This document shows, piece after piece, positions 53,001 to 64,000 of a stretch of DNA of 64,000 nt (position 1 is the stretch's first letter; every line of letters starts with the position of its first letter). The translations under genes were made by a program, and so were the position numbers. The notes beneath the pieces were generated by a model. That model searched no databases. It was not told where the DNA came from and saw nothing but the letters and a program-made list of their open reading frames with translations. The stretch is from Trypethelium eluteriae (Eukaryota). Location of the stretch: contig JAVECL010000052.1 in the NCBI GenBank assembly GCA_051942245.1, positions 1 through 64,000 on the forward strand, in the 5' to 3' direction.

Positions 53001-56000
53001 TGGAACCAACTCTCGATGATTTTCCGTTACTGCCGCTTGCTTACGATGGTCTCACTAACCTTGCTCAAAAGCTGCCTCAGATGGGCTTATCATCCTTTGA
53101 GGAGCTGGAAGATGCCTATCCATGCTCGGCAATGCAGCAAGGAATTCTATTTAGCCAGCTCAAGAATCCGGCCACCTACAATTATCGATCTATTATCGAG
53201 GTGCGGCCAACGCGAAAGGAGCAAAGGATTGAGACTGGTCGCCTGGAAGAGGCTTGGCAAGCCGTCGTTCAACGACATGCGTCCTTGAGGACCATATTCA
53301 TTAACAACGTTTCGCAGCAAGGTTTGATGGACCAAGCGGTAGTCAAAAAATGGACTGCCAGGGTAGATCGATTGGAAGAATGCGATGATGCAGAGATTGT
53401 CCAGAAGCTTGAAGCACGTCCTCCCATCGACTTCAACAATTCCAAGCCGCCTCATTTCTTCACGATAGCAAAAACGTCCTCGAACCGAGTGTTTTGCATG
53501 CTTGACATAAGTCATGCCATTTCCGATGGGAGCTCTATGCCGATACTACTTCGCGATCTTGCTCAAGCATATACTGGGCAACCGGCACTTAACCTCAAAG
53601 GTCCACTCTTTAGCCAATACATCTCCCACATCCAATCAGGCTCTCAGCAAGCCGATATGGATTATTGGAAGTCATACCTTGCGGATATTGAGCCTTGTTA
53701 CTTCCCTAACCTTGGGAACTCCACCAAAGAAACGAGAACACTCAACACTTTGGTTTTGCCGTTGTCAAGAGCGTCTCAGTTACCTACCTTCTGTGCAAAG
53801 CATGGTCTTACAGTGCCCACTGTGTTGCAATTTGTGTGGGCTCTGATTCTTCGGTGCTACACCAACTCGAACGAGATCTGCTTCGGATACCTAGTCTCTG
53901 GACGGGATGCTCCGGTGAGTGGTATTCAAGATGCCGTAGGTGCATTCATCAACATTCTCGTGTGCCGGATAAACCTTCTTGAGAATGTTCAACTTGGAGA
54001 TGCACTGGAGCAGATTCAAACCGATGTCGTCCAAAGCATGGCCCATCAGCACAGTTCCCTTGCAGATGTGCAACACGAGCTTCGTCTTTCAGGCGTTTCG
54101 CTCTTCAATACGGCTTTCACCTACCAGAAGCGATCAAGTTCGAACATGGTATCAACTGATGCGCTTTCCTTCAATGTCCTCGACGCTCATGATCCAAGTG
54201 AATACAGCATTACAATCAACATCGAGGCCTTCGAATCAGGCGTGGAAGTCCACTTGAACTATTGGTCTGACATTCTGTCCGAGACGCAGGCGTCACACAT
54301 GGCCAGCACTTACGAACACGTCCTAAATAGCATCATGGAAAGTCCGAAACTAAGTCTGCCAATTGGTGAGCTCGATCACTTCAGTGAGAAGAGCAGGAAA
54401 CAAGTGTCGGAGTGGAACGAGAAACTTCCAGAAACCGTTGAAAAATGCGTGCACAAGGCAATTGAAGAGCAATCGCGCATCCAGCAAATTTCCAAGCATG
54501 CTATTTTTGCGTGGGATGGAAACCTTACGTACAAGCAGCTTGATCGACTGGCAACACGATTAGCCACTCGCCTTGTTACGCTTGGTGTCCTCCGAGGGAC
54601 TTATGTTCCTATTTGCTTCGAGAAGTCTCTGTGGCCGATTGTGGCAATGCTCGCGATAATGAAGGCTGGTGGTGCATTCGTGCCTTTAGATCCCACCCAT
54701 CCCGTTAGTCGATGGAAGCACATCATCCAAAACGTTGAAGCTAAATTGGTGCTTTGCTCGTCACAATACCAGGCCAAGCTTTCCGAGGCCGCGAAAAAGA
54801 CGTTTGTTGTCGACAAGACGTCGATCAGCCAATGCACGGACTCTCCACGCAGCCTCTCTCTGCAAGAGCCATCACCTGAAGACGCTGCGTATATCATCTT
54901 CACTTCAGGCACAACTGGTTTGCCAAAAGGCACCATTATTGAGCATGCCCAATTTTGTACTAGCGCAACTGAACACGCTCGAGCGATGTTTATGCGATCG
55001 GATTCTCGGGTCTTCCAGTTCGCTAACTACACATTTGATGCAAGCATCATGGAAATCTTATCAACCCTGATTGCTGGTGGATGTGTTTGTGTGCCGAACG
55101 AACAAGAGCGCATGAGTGATATCCCCGGCGCCATCCAACGTATGGATGTTAACTGGACATTGCTGACACCATCTGTGGCCAAGATTCTGGATCCAGACAG
55201 TGTACCAAGTTTGAAGGTACTTGTCACTGGTGGTGAAGCAATGTCTGCCGGACACATTGCCAGGTGGCGAGGCAAGGCCGCAATCATCAACGCCTACGGA
55301 CCAAGTGAGACTTCAGTCATCGCCGCAACAAGTACCAAGATCGATGAGAACGGCGTTGAAGTCAACGGAGATACCAGTACTATCGGTGGTGCTGTGGGAG
55401 GTCGCAACTGGGTTGTAGACCCACGCAACTGCAATCGACTTACTCCAGTTGGCGGCGTTGGCGAGCTTCTAGTTGAAGGACGCCACGTGGCTCGAGGGTA
55501 TCTCAAGAATGAGCAAAAGACTGCCGAAGCCTTCGTCACAGATCCGTCGTGGCGCAAGAACAAAACATTTGGAGATCTCGATCATCGCAAAGAACGCATG
55601 TATCGGACTGGCGATCTCGTCCGGTACAACTCCGACGGCACATTGAGTTACATATCAAGAAAGGATACTCAAGTGAAATTCAACGGTCAGCGCATCGAGC
55701 TCGGTGAAATCGAGCATCATGTACGGACAAATCTTTCGGAGGAGATCCAATCTGCCGTCGAACTAGTCGTACCCCCTGGCCGGAATGGGACTAAAGCCCT
55801 CTGTGTCTTCCTCTCCATTCCGGAGGGCAAGGCCGAAACTGAGCCCCAAATAGCATCTCCCATCGATGAACTGTTACTCCCGATGTCAGATCAGATGCAG
55901 GCTCGATGCAAGGAACTTGAAAGCGCCCTCACGAAAGCGCTGCCAGCATACATGGTCCCGACGATATTCATCCCGCTTACAAAGATGCCATGGACAAGTT

Positions 56001-59000
56001 CTGGTAAGATCGACCGACCCCGACTGCGACACGTTGTCGAAAAGCTGCCAAGAGAGGAGATATTGCCATACAAACTAGCAGGTTTTGTCAAAAAGCGAGC
56101 TCCAGTTACAGCTATGGAGAAGAAGCTGGCCAAGTTATGGGAGAATGTCTTGAACGCGCCATCCAGTTCCTTTGGCCTCGACGATAACTTTTTCAAGCTC
56201 GGCGGTGACTCAATTGCGGCGATGCGGCTCATCAACGCTGCCTATGCTGAACAAATTACCTTGACAGTCCTTGCCATATTCGAAAAACCAAAACTTTCAG
56301 ACATGGCTGGGGCTTGCACTATCTTTGAGGGTGACGGTCCCAAAGAGTCTGCGCCATTCAGCTTGATCACCACCGATGAAGGTCTCTCTGAGACCCGCGA
56401 CGAATTAGCAGGTGCATGTGAAGTTGAGAAGGCCGTAATACAGGACGCCTATCCTTGCAGTTCACTTCAAGAAGGCCTCATCACGTTATCAATCAAACAG
56501 CCGGGCTCCTATGCCGCTCGCAATGCTTTCCAACTTGGTGCTGAGGTCGATCTTGATCGGTTTAAAGCAGCATGGCAAAAGACTGTCGACGATATTGATA
56601 TCCTCAGGACTCGCATCGTTCATATGAAATCGTCTGCCTTTCTTCAAGTTGTGCTCCGTGAGCAGCCAATTACTTGGCATGCTGCAGAGAACTTATCTGA
56701 GTTGAACAAGGAGATGATGATTTTACCAGAACACAATGGATCCTCGCTCACCCGGTACACGATAGTCCAAAGCACAAACTCCAACGAGCGTTACTTCGTT
56801 TGGGGTATTCACCATGCTCTATATGACGGATGGAGCATGCCTATGGTCCTCGAACGATTCAAGTCCAACTACAGGCAAGGCGTCGCGAAGATTCCAAAGG
56901 TTCCATATGCAAGGTTCATCAAATACCTTCTACAAAACAAACCGCAGACATCAGATACTTTCTGGAAATCAAAATTAGCAGGGTCCTCACCCCTTCACTT
57001 CCCACAGGCTCCAGTCGCAGAGTCACAACAAACTCGTACAACACCATCACTTACCTATGATGCAAATATTTCTCGGACAATCATAGGATCAGAAATAACG
57101 ATGCCAACGATCATCAGAGCTGCTTGGGCCGCACTATTGGGGGCCTACACCGGATCTGAGGACGTCGTTTTCGGTCAGACTCTTGCCGGACGAGATATAT
57201 CTGTTCCGGGAGTCACCGACATTATCGGCCCAACTCTGACGACTGTACCGACAAGGATTCAGGTAGACCATACCTTGACTGTGATGCAATATTTGCAAGC
57301 TGTTCAGCATATGACTGCGGATACTATACCCCACCAACATGCCGGCCTGCAACACATTAAACGACTCAATTCGGATACTGCAGCAGCCTGTAACTTCCAG
57401 AATCTTCTCGTCATTCAACCAGCAGAGGAAAATTCCTCAGAAGATGAGCTCTGGACTCCTTTGGATGAGGGAGCGGGGATGAACTTCTTTACCTACCCGC
57501 TCATCCTTGAATGCAAGTTTGCGAATCGCAAGGTTGAGATTGTGGTCCATCATGACGAACATACAATTTCCGCATATGAAGTTCAAAGACTACTCTCTCA
57601 GTTTGACATGGTTCTCAACCAGCTCAACGACGCGTCGAACAACAAGGACAAGAAACTGAGCGAGCTCCAGATGTTCAGCATGCAAGATTCGGAGGCTCTA
57701 CGGGCTTTCAATCGGACAAATCAACTGTCTGGCATATCGGCTAAGATCATATCTAACTTCAAGGAAACAGCTGCATCCGGGGAACTGCAGAATTTGGGGA
57801 TGGGCATGGCATGGATCGTGGATCCGTTAGATCACGACCGCCTTGCGCCTCTGGGCGCAGTGGGGGAGTTGGTCTTAGAAGGAGCGAACTTGGAGAAGAC
57901 ATACATGACTGTTCTTCAAGATGCGCAGACGACTTATATCGAAAATCCCACCTGGACTGCGGCATTCGAGGAAGGAAAATCCTCACGGCGGATGCTCAAG
58001 ACTGGCTACCTAGCAAACTACGATTCCCGCGGCGTCTTGGAACTCCGAGGAAAGAAAGAGAACCAAGTGAAGCTCAATGGCCAGCGCTTAGAGCTGACCG
58101 CAATCGAGCGCCTTCTCAACATGCATTCCCACGTTCACGACTCAATCGTACTCCAGCCTCTCGTAGGCCAATTCAGAGAGAATCTCGTCGCTGTCTTGTC
58201 GTTGAAGGGCACGGCCCAAGAAGATGCGGCCTTATCAGTAAAGCCATTGCAGCTCGTATCAGGAGGATCGAGGGAGGCCATGCGCGCACAACTGTCTGAA
58301 GTACAAACTGAGCTGTCAGCACAATTGTCACAGTCTTTCATGCCGAACAAATGGGTGGTAGTACAGGCACTTCCTCTGACGGCGTCAGGGGGACCTGATA
58401 GGGAACGTGTTGCCGACTGGATTACCAAACTTGATGAGGAGACGCACACACAAATCCGTGATCAGGAGAGAATCGAAGAGCCAGAGGATACCACCGAACC
58501 TTCAACTGCATTCAAGAGAATCATGCGAGATATTTATTCCCGTGTACTCAATATTCCAGTTGAGGAAATTAGCTTTGAGCAGTCCTTCCTGAATCTTGGC
58601 GGTGACTCAATCACAGCGATGCAAGTCATGGCACATGCTCGAAAAGAGAAGATCAGTCTCTCTTTACATGAGATTATCCGAAGCCAGTCGATCAACGAAC
58701 TCGAACAAAACGCAGATCTACACACACTGCAGCAAGCTGACATGGGCGGTCAAGAGGAGAAGCTCGATACCGTTTTCGAACTTTCTCCCATCCAGCAACT
58801 CTATTTCCAGTCCGTTAAACAACCGAAGCTCGGTGATCGTTTCAATCAGAGCTATTTGGTCCGCCTTTCCAGGGACATCCCATCTGAAGATATTGAAAAT
58901 GCGGTCAAAGCCATTGTCGGTCAGCACTCGATGCTTCGAGCACGATTCACCAAAGACGCATCGGGTGTTTGGAAGCAACGCATAACTGGAGACGTCACTT

Positions 59001-62000
59001 CTTCCTACCGTTATAAAGTTTATGAGGTCGAGAAGCTCCGTGATATTAATCCCATGGTTTCAGACAGCCAAAGCTGTCTCGATGTTCAAAATGGGCCCCT
59101 GTTCGCAGCAGACTTCTTCCGAATCAATGGGCAAGAGAGCGTGGTATTCCTCGTTGCTCACCATCTCGTCGTGGATATTGTGTCCTGGAATAATATCATG
59201 CAGGACTTTGAGGAGCTGCTTGATACCGGTGCGCTGATGGGTGACAAGCCACTGCCATTCCAGCATTGGGCATCCATGCAAGCCGACAACGCCCAAGAGA
59301 GAAATGCAAGCGGCAATAGTCGGAAAGTCTTGCCTTACGATATTTCTCCCGCCAATCTAGATTACTGGGGCTTAGCTGGAAAACCTAACAAGTACAGTGA
59401 TGTGGACCACGAATCCTTCATGATCCCCGAGGACATATCCCAACTCGCGCTCGACGAGTGTCACAAGCCTTTCAAGACAGACATGGTAGATCTATTCTTG
59501 GCAGTCCTTGTCCATTCGTTCAACCGTGTATTCAATGACAGAGAGGCACCAACTATTTTCAACGAAGGTCACGGCCGTGAACCTTGGGATTCCTCCATTG
59601 ACATTTCGAGGACAGTGGGATGGTTCACAGCCATGGCTCCTTTCCACGTCGCAGTCGATAAAGATAGGAACGATATCCTGGATACTGTAAAGCGAATGAA
59701 AGATGTTCGTCGCAAGGTGCCAGAAAATGGTCGGGCCTATTTTGCTCATCGTTTCCTCACATTAGACGGCCGTAAACGATTCAAGGACCATATGCCAATG
59801 GAAATGACGTTCAATTACCTCGGTCGCATGCAATCGGCACAGCGCGACGATTCTTTGTTGCAAAAGATCGACTTTGATACAGATGATGAGTCTTTCAGGA
59901 TGGTCGCCGATATGAACGACAACGCACCCAGATTCGCTCTCTTCGAGGTCTCGGCTTATGTTGCTACGAAACAGATTCAGTTCACCGTCAACTACAACCG
60001 ATGTGTAAAGCATCAAAACGCAATACAACGATGGTTTTCGGAATGCCAACGAACTTTCGCCGAAGCTGTCACTCGTCTAGTGGAGCTACCATCGCAGCCC
60101 ACGCTTAGCGATTATCCTACCATGCCGATCGGTTATGATAAGCTGGAGAAGTTAACAAGGGAGATCTTCCCCAAGTATGGCCTCGCTCACCACGATAAGG
60201 TCGAGAATGTCTACCCATGTTCTCCTATGCAAGAGGGATTGTTGCTCGCTCAATTTGTTGATCCAAGCCGATATCTCTGCCACACGGAAGTTGAGGTCAA
60301 GCCCACTCGATTCGGAGAAGGCCAAGTCAATGCTCAGAAACTCGTGAGCACCTGGCAAAAGGTCGTTGATCGCCATGCGGCTCTGAGAACGATCTTCATC
60401 GACAGTGTCTATCAAGGGGATGCGTTCAACCAAATCGTTGTTAAGCAAGCGAACAGTGGGGCGATCTTTATCGAGTGTGAAGAGAGCGAAGTGTTGGACC
60501 GCATGGATGCTGTCAGTCTCCGAGAAACTAACTTGAAGAACAAGCCCCCGCTCCCTCATCAGCTGACAGTCTGCCTCACACCAAATGGCAAAGTCTTCCT
60601 CAAGATCGAAATCAACCACTGTGTCATTGATGGCGAATCGGCTTTCATTCTCATGCGCGACCTGGGACTGGCGTACGAGGATAAATTGCCAGAAGGTCGC
60701 GGTCCGTTATATAGCGATTACATCGCGTACATCAAAGGCCAGCCACCGAGCGCGGATGTCAGATTTTGGAGAACATATCTGAAAGGAGTTCAGCCATGTT
60801 ACTTCCCTGCGCTGGTTGACAAACCACCAGCTGAAAAGACTCTTGGCTCAGTCTCATTGAAGTTCGACCGGTTTGATGAGCTTCAGAGCCTCTGCAAAAC
60901 TCTGAAAGTAACTCTATCTAACGTCATGCTTGTAGCGTGGGCCTTGGTCTTACGAGATTACGTCCGCACGGATGACATCTGCTTTGGGTACCTGACTTCA
61001 GGTCGTGATGCCCCGGTCAGCAGCATTCAAGACGCTATTGGTGCATATATCAATATGCTCGTGTCTCGCATTAAGTTTACAGCTACCTCGTCCCTCGAAG
61101 AGATGTTCCAGACGACACAGGATGACTATCATCAAAGTCTGCCGTACCAGCATTGTTCTCTTGCTCAGATGCAACACGATATGGAGTACACTGGTAATAT
61201 GTTTAATACTGCTGTTTCAATCCAGAACACTGGTGCTGAAGGAGAAGCTGCAGAATGTTCTCTTGATTTCATACCTCTGAGAGCCCATGATCCTAGCGAG
61301 GTAAGTTTTGACAACATTAGAGACGGTCAAGAGCGAAGACTAATATATAATCCATAGTATGGCGTAACTCTCAATATCAGGACGACAAGGCACGACGAAG
61401 GCGCCGTGCTTAGATATTGGAACGACCATTTGTCGCCTCAGCAGGCCGAAGAAGTCATGGACAAGCTTAGTCGAGTTCTTACCAACACGATTACGGAACC
61501 AAAACAATCCATCATGGAGCTGGACAAAGCCAATAAAGCTCTCCAAAAGGGAGCAAGTCCAGAGGCTTCTGCACCAGAACCCGCGACCTTTGACGTCAAT
61601 CACGGCATTGCCCAGCAGCTCGTTACCCAACAAGTCTACCCTGATATGGTTAAGCAGCTTGTTTCTGAATGTGTCCACCGCGACATGTTTAAGCAACTCG
61701 TTTCCGAAACCGTGCAACAGGTTATTGGCGAACTTTTCAAGAATGGAACTCTTGTAGCATCCGATACCAACAGGATCCAGAACGGCAGCTCGATGAACCT
61801 TATTAGTCCCAAAGCTAATGAGGTGGACAACAGCAAGTCAATCAGAGATCGTGCAGCAACAGACCAGGATTCCGACGAAAATGTCGCTCTTTCGAGAAAG
61901 CAAGGAAAGGCACTCTCCGCAGAAGAAATGGACAAGAAACTCTTAACCTTATGGAGCGAAGCGCTTGACATCCCAAAGAACGAGATTGGAAGTGAAGGAA

Positions 62001-64000
62001 GTTTCTTCGAGTTGGGCGGTGACTCGCTCGTCGCTATGAAAATGGTAGGATCCGCTCTTGAGAACGGTATCAACTTGACTGTCGCGGATGTGTTCTTATA
62101 CCCCGCTTTCAACGACATGCTTGCAGTCATTCGCAGATCTATGAGTACGGAAGTGCCCCAGGCTGGTGAAAACGGCAACGGAGAGGAAGCGAAACAAGAG
62201 CTGATCTTCGACCCATTGGATGAAGTGGCATACGAGCCTTTCTCACTTCTCAAGAACAGCAATATTGAGGCATTCCTCCAAGAGCATATCTGCTCTCAAC
62301 TTCATGTCTTCAGAGGAGGTATTGTAGACGTGCTTCCAGTCACCGATTATCAAGCATTGGCCATTAGTGGCTCGATGCTAGAGTCGAGGTGGATGCTTAA
62401 CTACTTCTCCTTCGAAGGTCGTGGGAAACTTGACTTAGGAAGACTCAAGCGTTGTATCTTCCAGGTCATCCAAGAATATCCGATCCTCCGTACCGTGTTC
62501 ATTGCACACCAGGACCAGTTACTGCAAGTCGTCCTACGCAAACTTGAGCCGGACTTTTCTGTCGTGGAGACTGCGCAAGACGTCGACGAATACGTCCGCT
62601 CATGGAGGGAAGAAGATCGCAGTTCCACCCTCCGACTTGGCGAGTCTTACCTCAAAGTGATGGTAGTGCAGAAGAAGTACAGCAGTCAGCATTCTATTGT
62701 GCTGCGACTCTCACACGCGCAGTATGACGGGGTGTCACTGCCTATCATTCTAGAGTCACTTCAAGCCGCATACAACGGGCAGCCGCTCGTCTCTGGGACC
62801 GACTTCTCGAATTACGTCAGTTCTGCGATGGAGGATCCATCCGGCGATACCCACGACCATTGGAGAAATTTACTCAAGGGCTCCTCAATGACTTCCATCG
62901 TGTCCCGTGACAGACCGAACTTTGACATGTTCATGACGGAGAGTACAACTTTCAAGAAGACTATCAATTTACATTCCCTATCGGCCAAGAGTATCACACC
63001 TGCAACCATTCTCAAAGCGGCGTGGGCATTAGTGTTAACCCAAACGACAGCCACCTCGGATGTTACTTTCGGGCATATAGTGAGCGGTCGCAACGCCGTA
63101 GTGCCAGGCCTAGCACATGTGGTAGGCCCATGTCTGAACATTGTCCCTGTCCGAACCAAGCTCCAGCTTGGCTGGACGGCTCTCGATCTTCTGCACGATA
63201 TCCAGGGACAACAGGTCGCCAACATGCCGCATGAGATGCTTGGATTCCGCGAAATTATCAAGCGCTGCACTGATTGGCCCGATTGCACAACCTTCTCTTC
63301 GATTATCCAGCATCAGAACCTCGAAGCTTCTGAATCTTACCGTTTCGGTGATGTTGACTATCACGTCAGTGCTGTCGGCGCACCAGGCGAAATGGCCGAT
63401 ATCAATATTGTGTCGGTTCCGCAGAAGGACAATAATGTTGAGATCAATCTTTCTTTCGTCCGGGACGGCGGTATCACCTCCGCCTTTGCGACAAGGCTCC
63501 TTGACTCGCTATGCACTATGGCTACGGCCATTTCAGCGGAACCCGATATGGCACTCCCTTCGCCATCGCCGCGATCGCGCATGTCGCAACAAACAGCAGA
63601 TGAGATAGGATTTGCTTCATCCACCAGCTTGGTCGCCCCGTCAGAGAGACTGACTGACCACGAGATTCTTCAGCTGTCCGACGTGATTACTCACGCTTGG
63701 CAGCAAATCCTTCCAAAGTGGAAAGGTAGACCTCTACCTCTAAGCCCAGAGGACTCATTCTTCGAGCTAGGTGGCGACGTTATAGGTCTCGCACAAGTCT
63801 TTGCGATCCTCCAAAAGGATGGCTTTGAGCTTCGTCTTGAGGATATAATCCGCCATCCAGTCTTTTCCGAGCATGTCGCACTCCTCTCAAAATTGAAGGC
63901 CCCAGTCAGGATCATTGATTCGTCAAGTTCGGAAGAGGACTTAAAATCGGTAACTCGTGCAGAGGTTCAAGCTATTCGGGGGCAGCCGAAATCCTGGAGG
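41049..64000 (+). CDS. Large multimodular NRPS, NPS4/NRPS4/Pes1-like (halfC-A-T-E-C-A-T-C-A-T-E-C-A-T-C-A*-T-E-C-T-CT-T*); 3' end outside the window
   Basis: Exons 41049-41624, 41675-61300 and 61358->64000 (introns GTAAGT...AG). Four intact A domains ((F/Y)TSG(T/S)TGxPKG, YGPxE, Y(K/R)TGDL, SGKxDR). GGDS carriers at ~43634, 48275, 51533, 56201, 58598 and 62015. Three E domains (HHLVxDxVSW, NEGHGRE). C motifs SHTIMDG, HHALYDG, SHAISDG, HHALYDG, NHCVIDG and terminal SHAQYDG. Final carrier-like domain reads GGDV (~63770). Confidence 0.95.

Noticed and set aside
61301..61357. Apparent NRPS stop at 61357 (end of the 6564-aa ORF)
   Set aside because: It lies in a canonical intron (GTAAGT...CTAAT...TAG). 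Splicing restores HDPSE|YGVTLNI and the gene continues past 64000.
41049..64000. NRPS as a ferrichrome-type siderophore synthetase
   Set aside because: Three epimerisation domains and the overall layout fit the NPS4/Pes1-like group. No ornithine monooxygenase or transacylase is seen in the window.
1..64000. CRISPR arrays, rRNA, transposase/RT genes, AT-rich RIP-degraded blocks
   Set aside because: None were seen. The tandem repeats found are short, have no spacers and have at most three copies.

Overview
This is filamentous ascomycete (Pezizomycotina) nuclear DNA, judged by short GT-AG introns with CTRAY-type branch sites and fungal gene families. The left ~32 kb is mostly housekeeping genes: nudE (runs off the left edge), a HET-domain gene, ist3/RBMX2, dynein light intermediate chain, Bax-inhibitor-1 family, Lag1-type ceramide synthase, TMEM208/SND2, cdc27/bimA, slc1, an orphan Cys/His-rich protein, an SDR, an APC amino-acid/amine permease and a small-subunit catalase. 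The right half holds an ABCC/MRP exporter transcribed divergently from a >22.9 kb NRPS that runs off the right edge. NRPS architecture read from motifs: halfC-A1-T-E-C-A2-T-C-A3-T-E-C-A4-T-C-A5*(truncated, dead)-T-E-C-T-CT-T*(no Ser). It resembles the NPS4/NRPS4 (fusahexin)/Pes1/HcpA family, but only four intact A domains serve six intact carrier domains. That implies non-linear loading of a probable D/L-alternating cyclic hexapeptide, possibly with one basic residue. Other candidates are a hairpin-rich, promoter-like segment between convergent genes (possible ncRNA), CCG/CGG-containing tandem repeats in two divergent promoters, and a sharp strand-skew flip inside nudE. No CRISPR, rRNA, clear tRNA or intact transposon was seen. 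All calls come from manual reading; no database searches were run.
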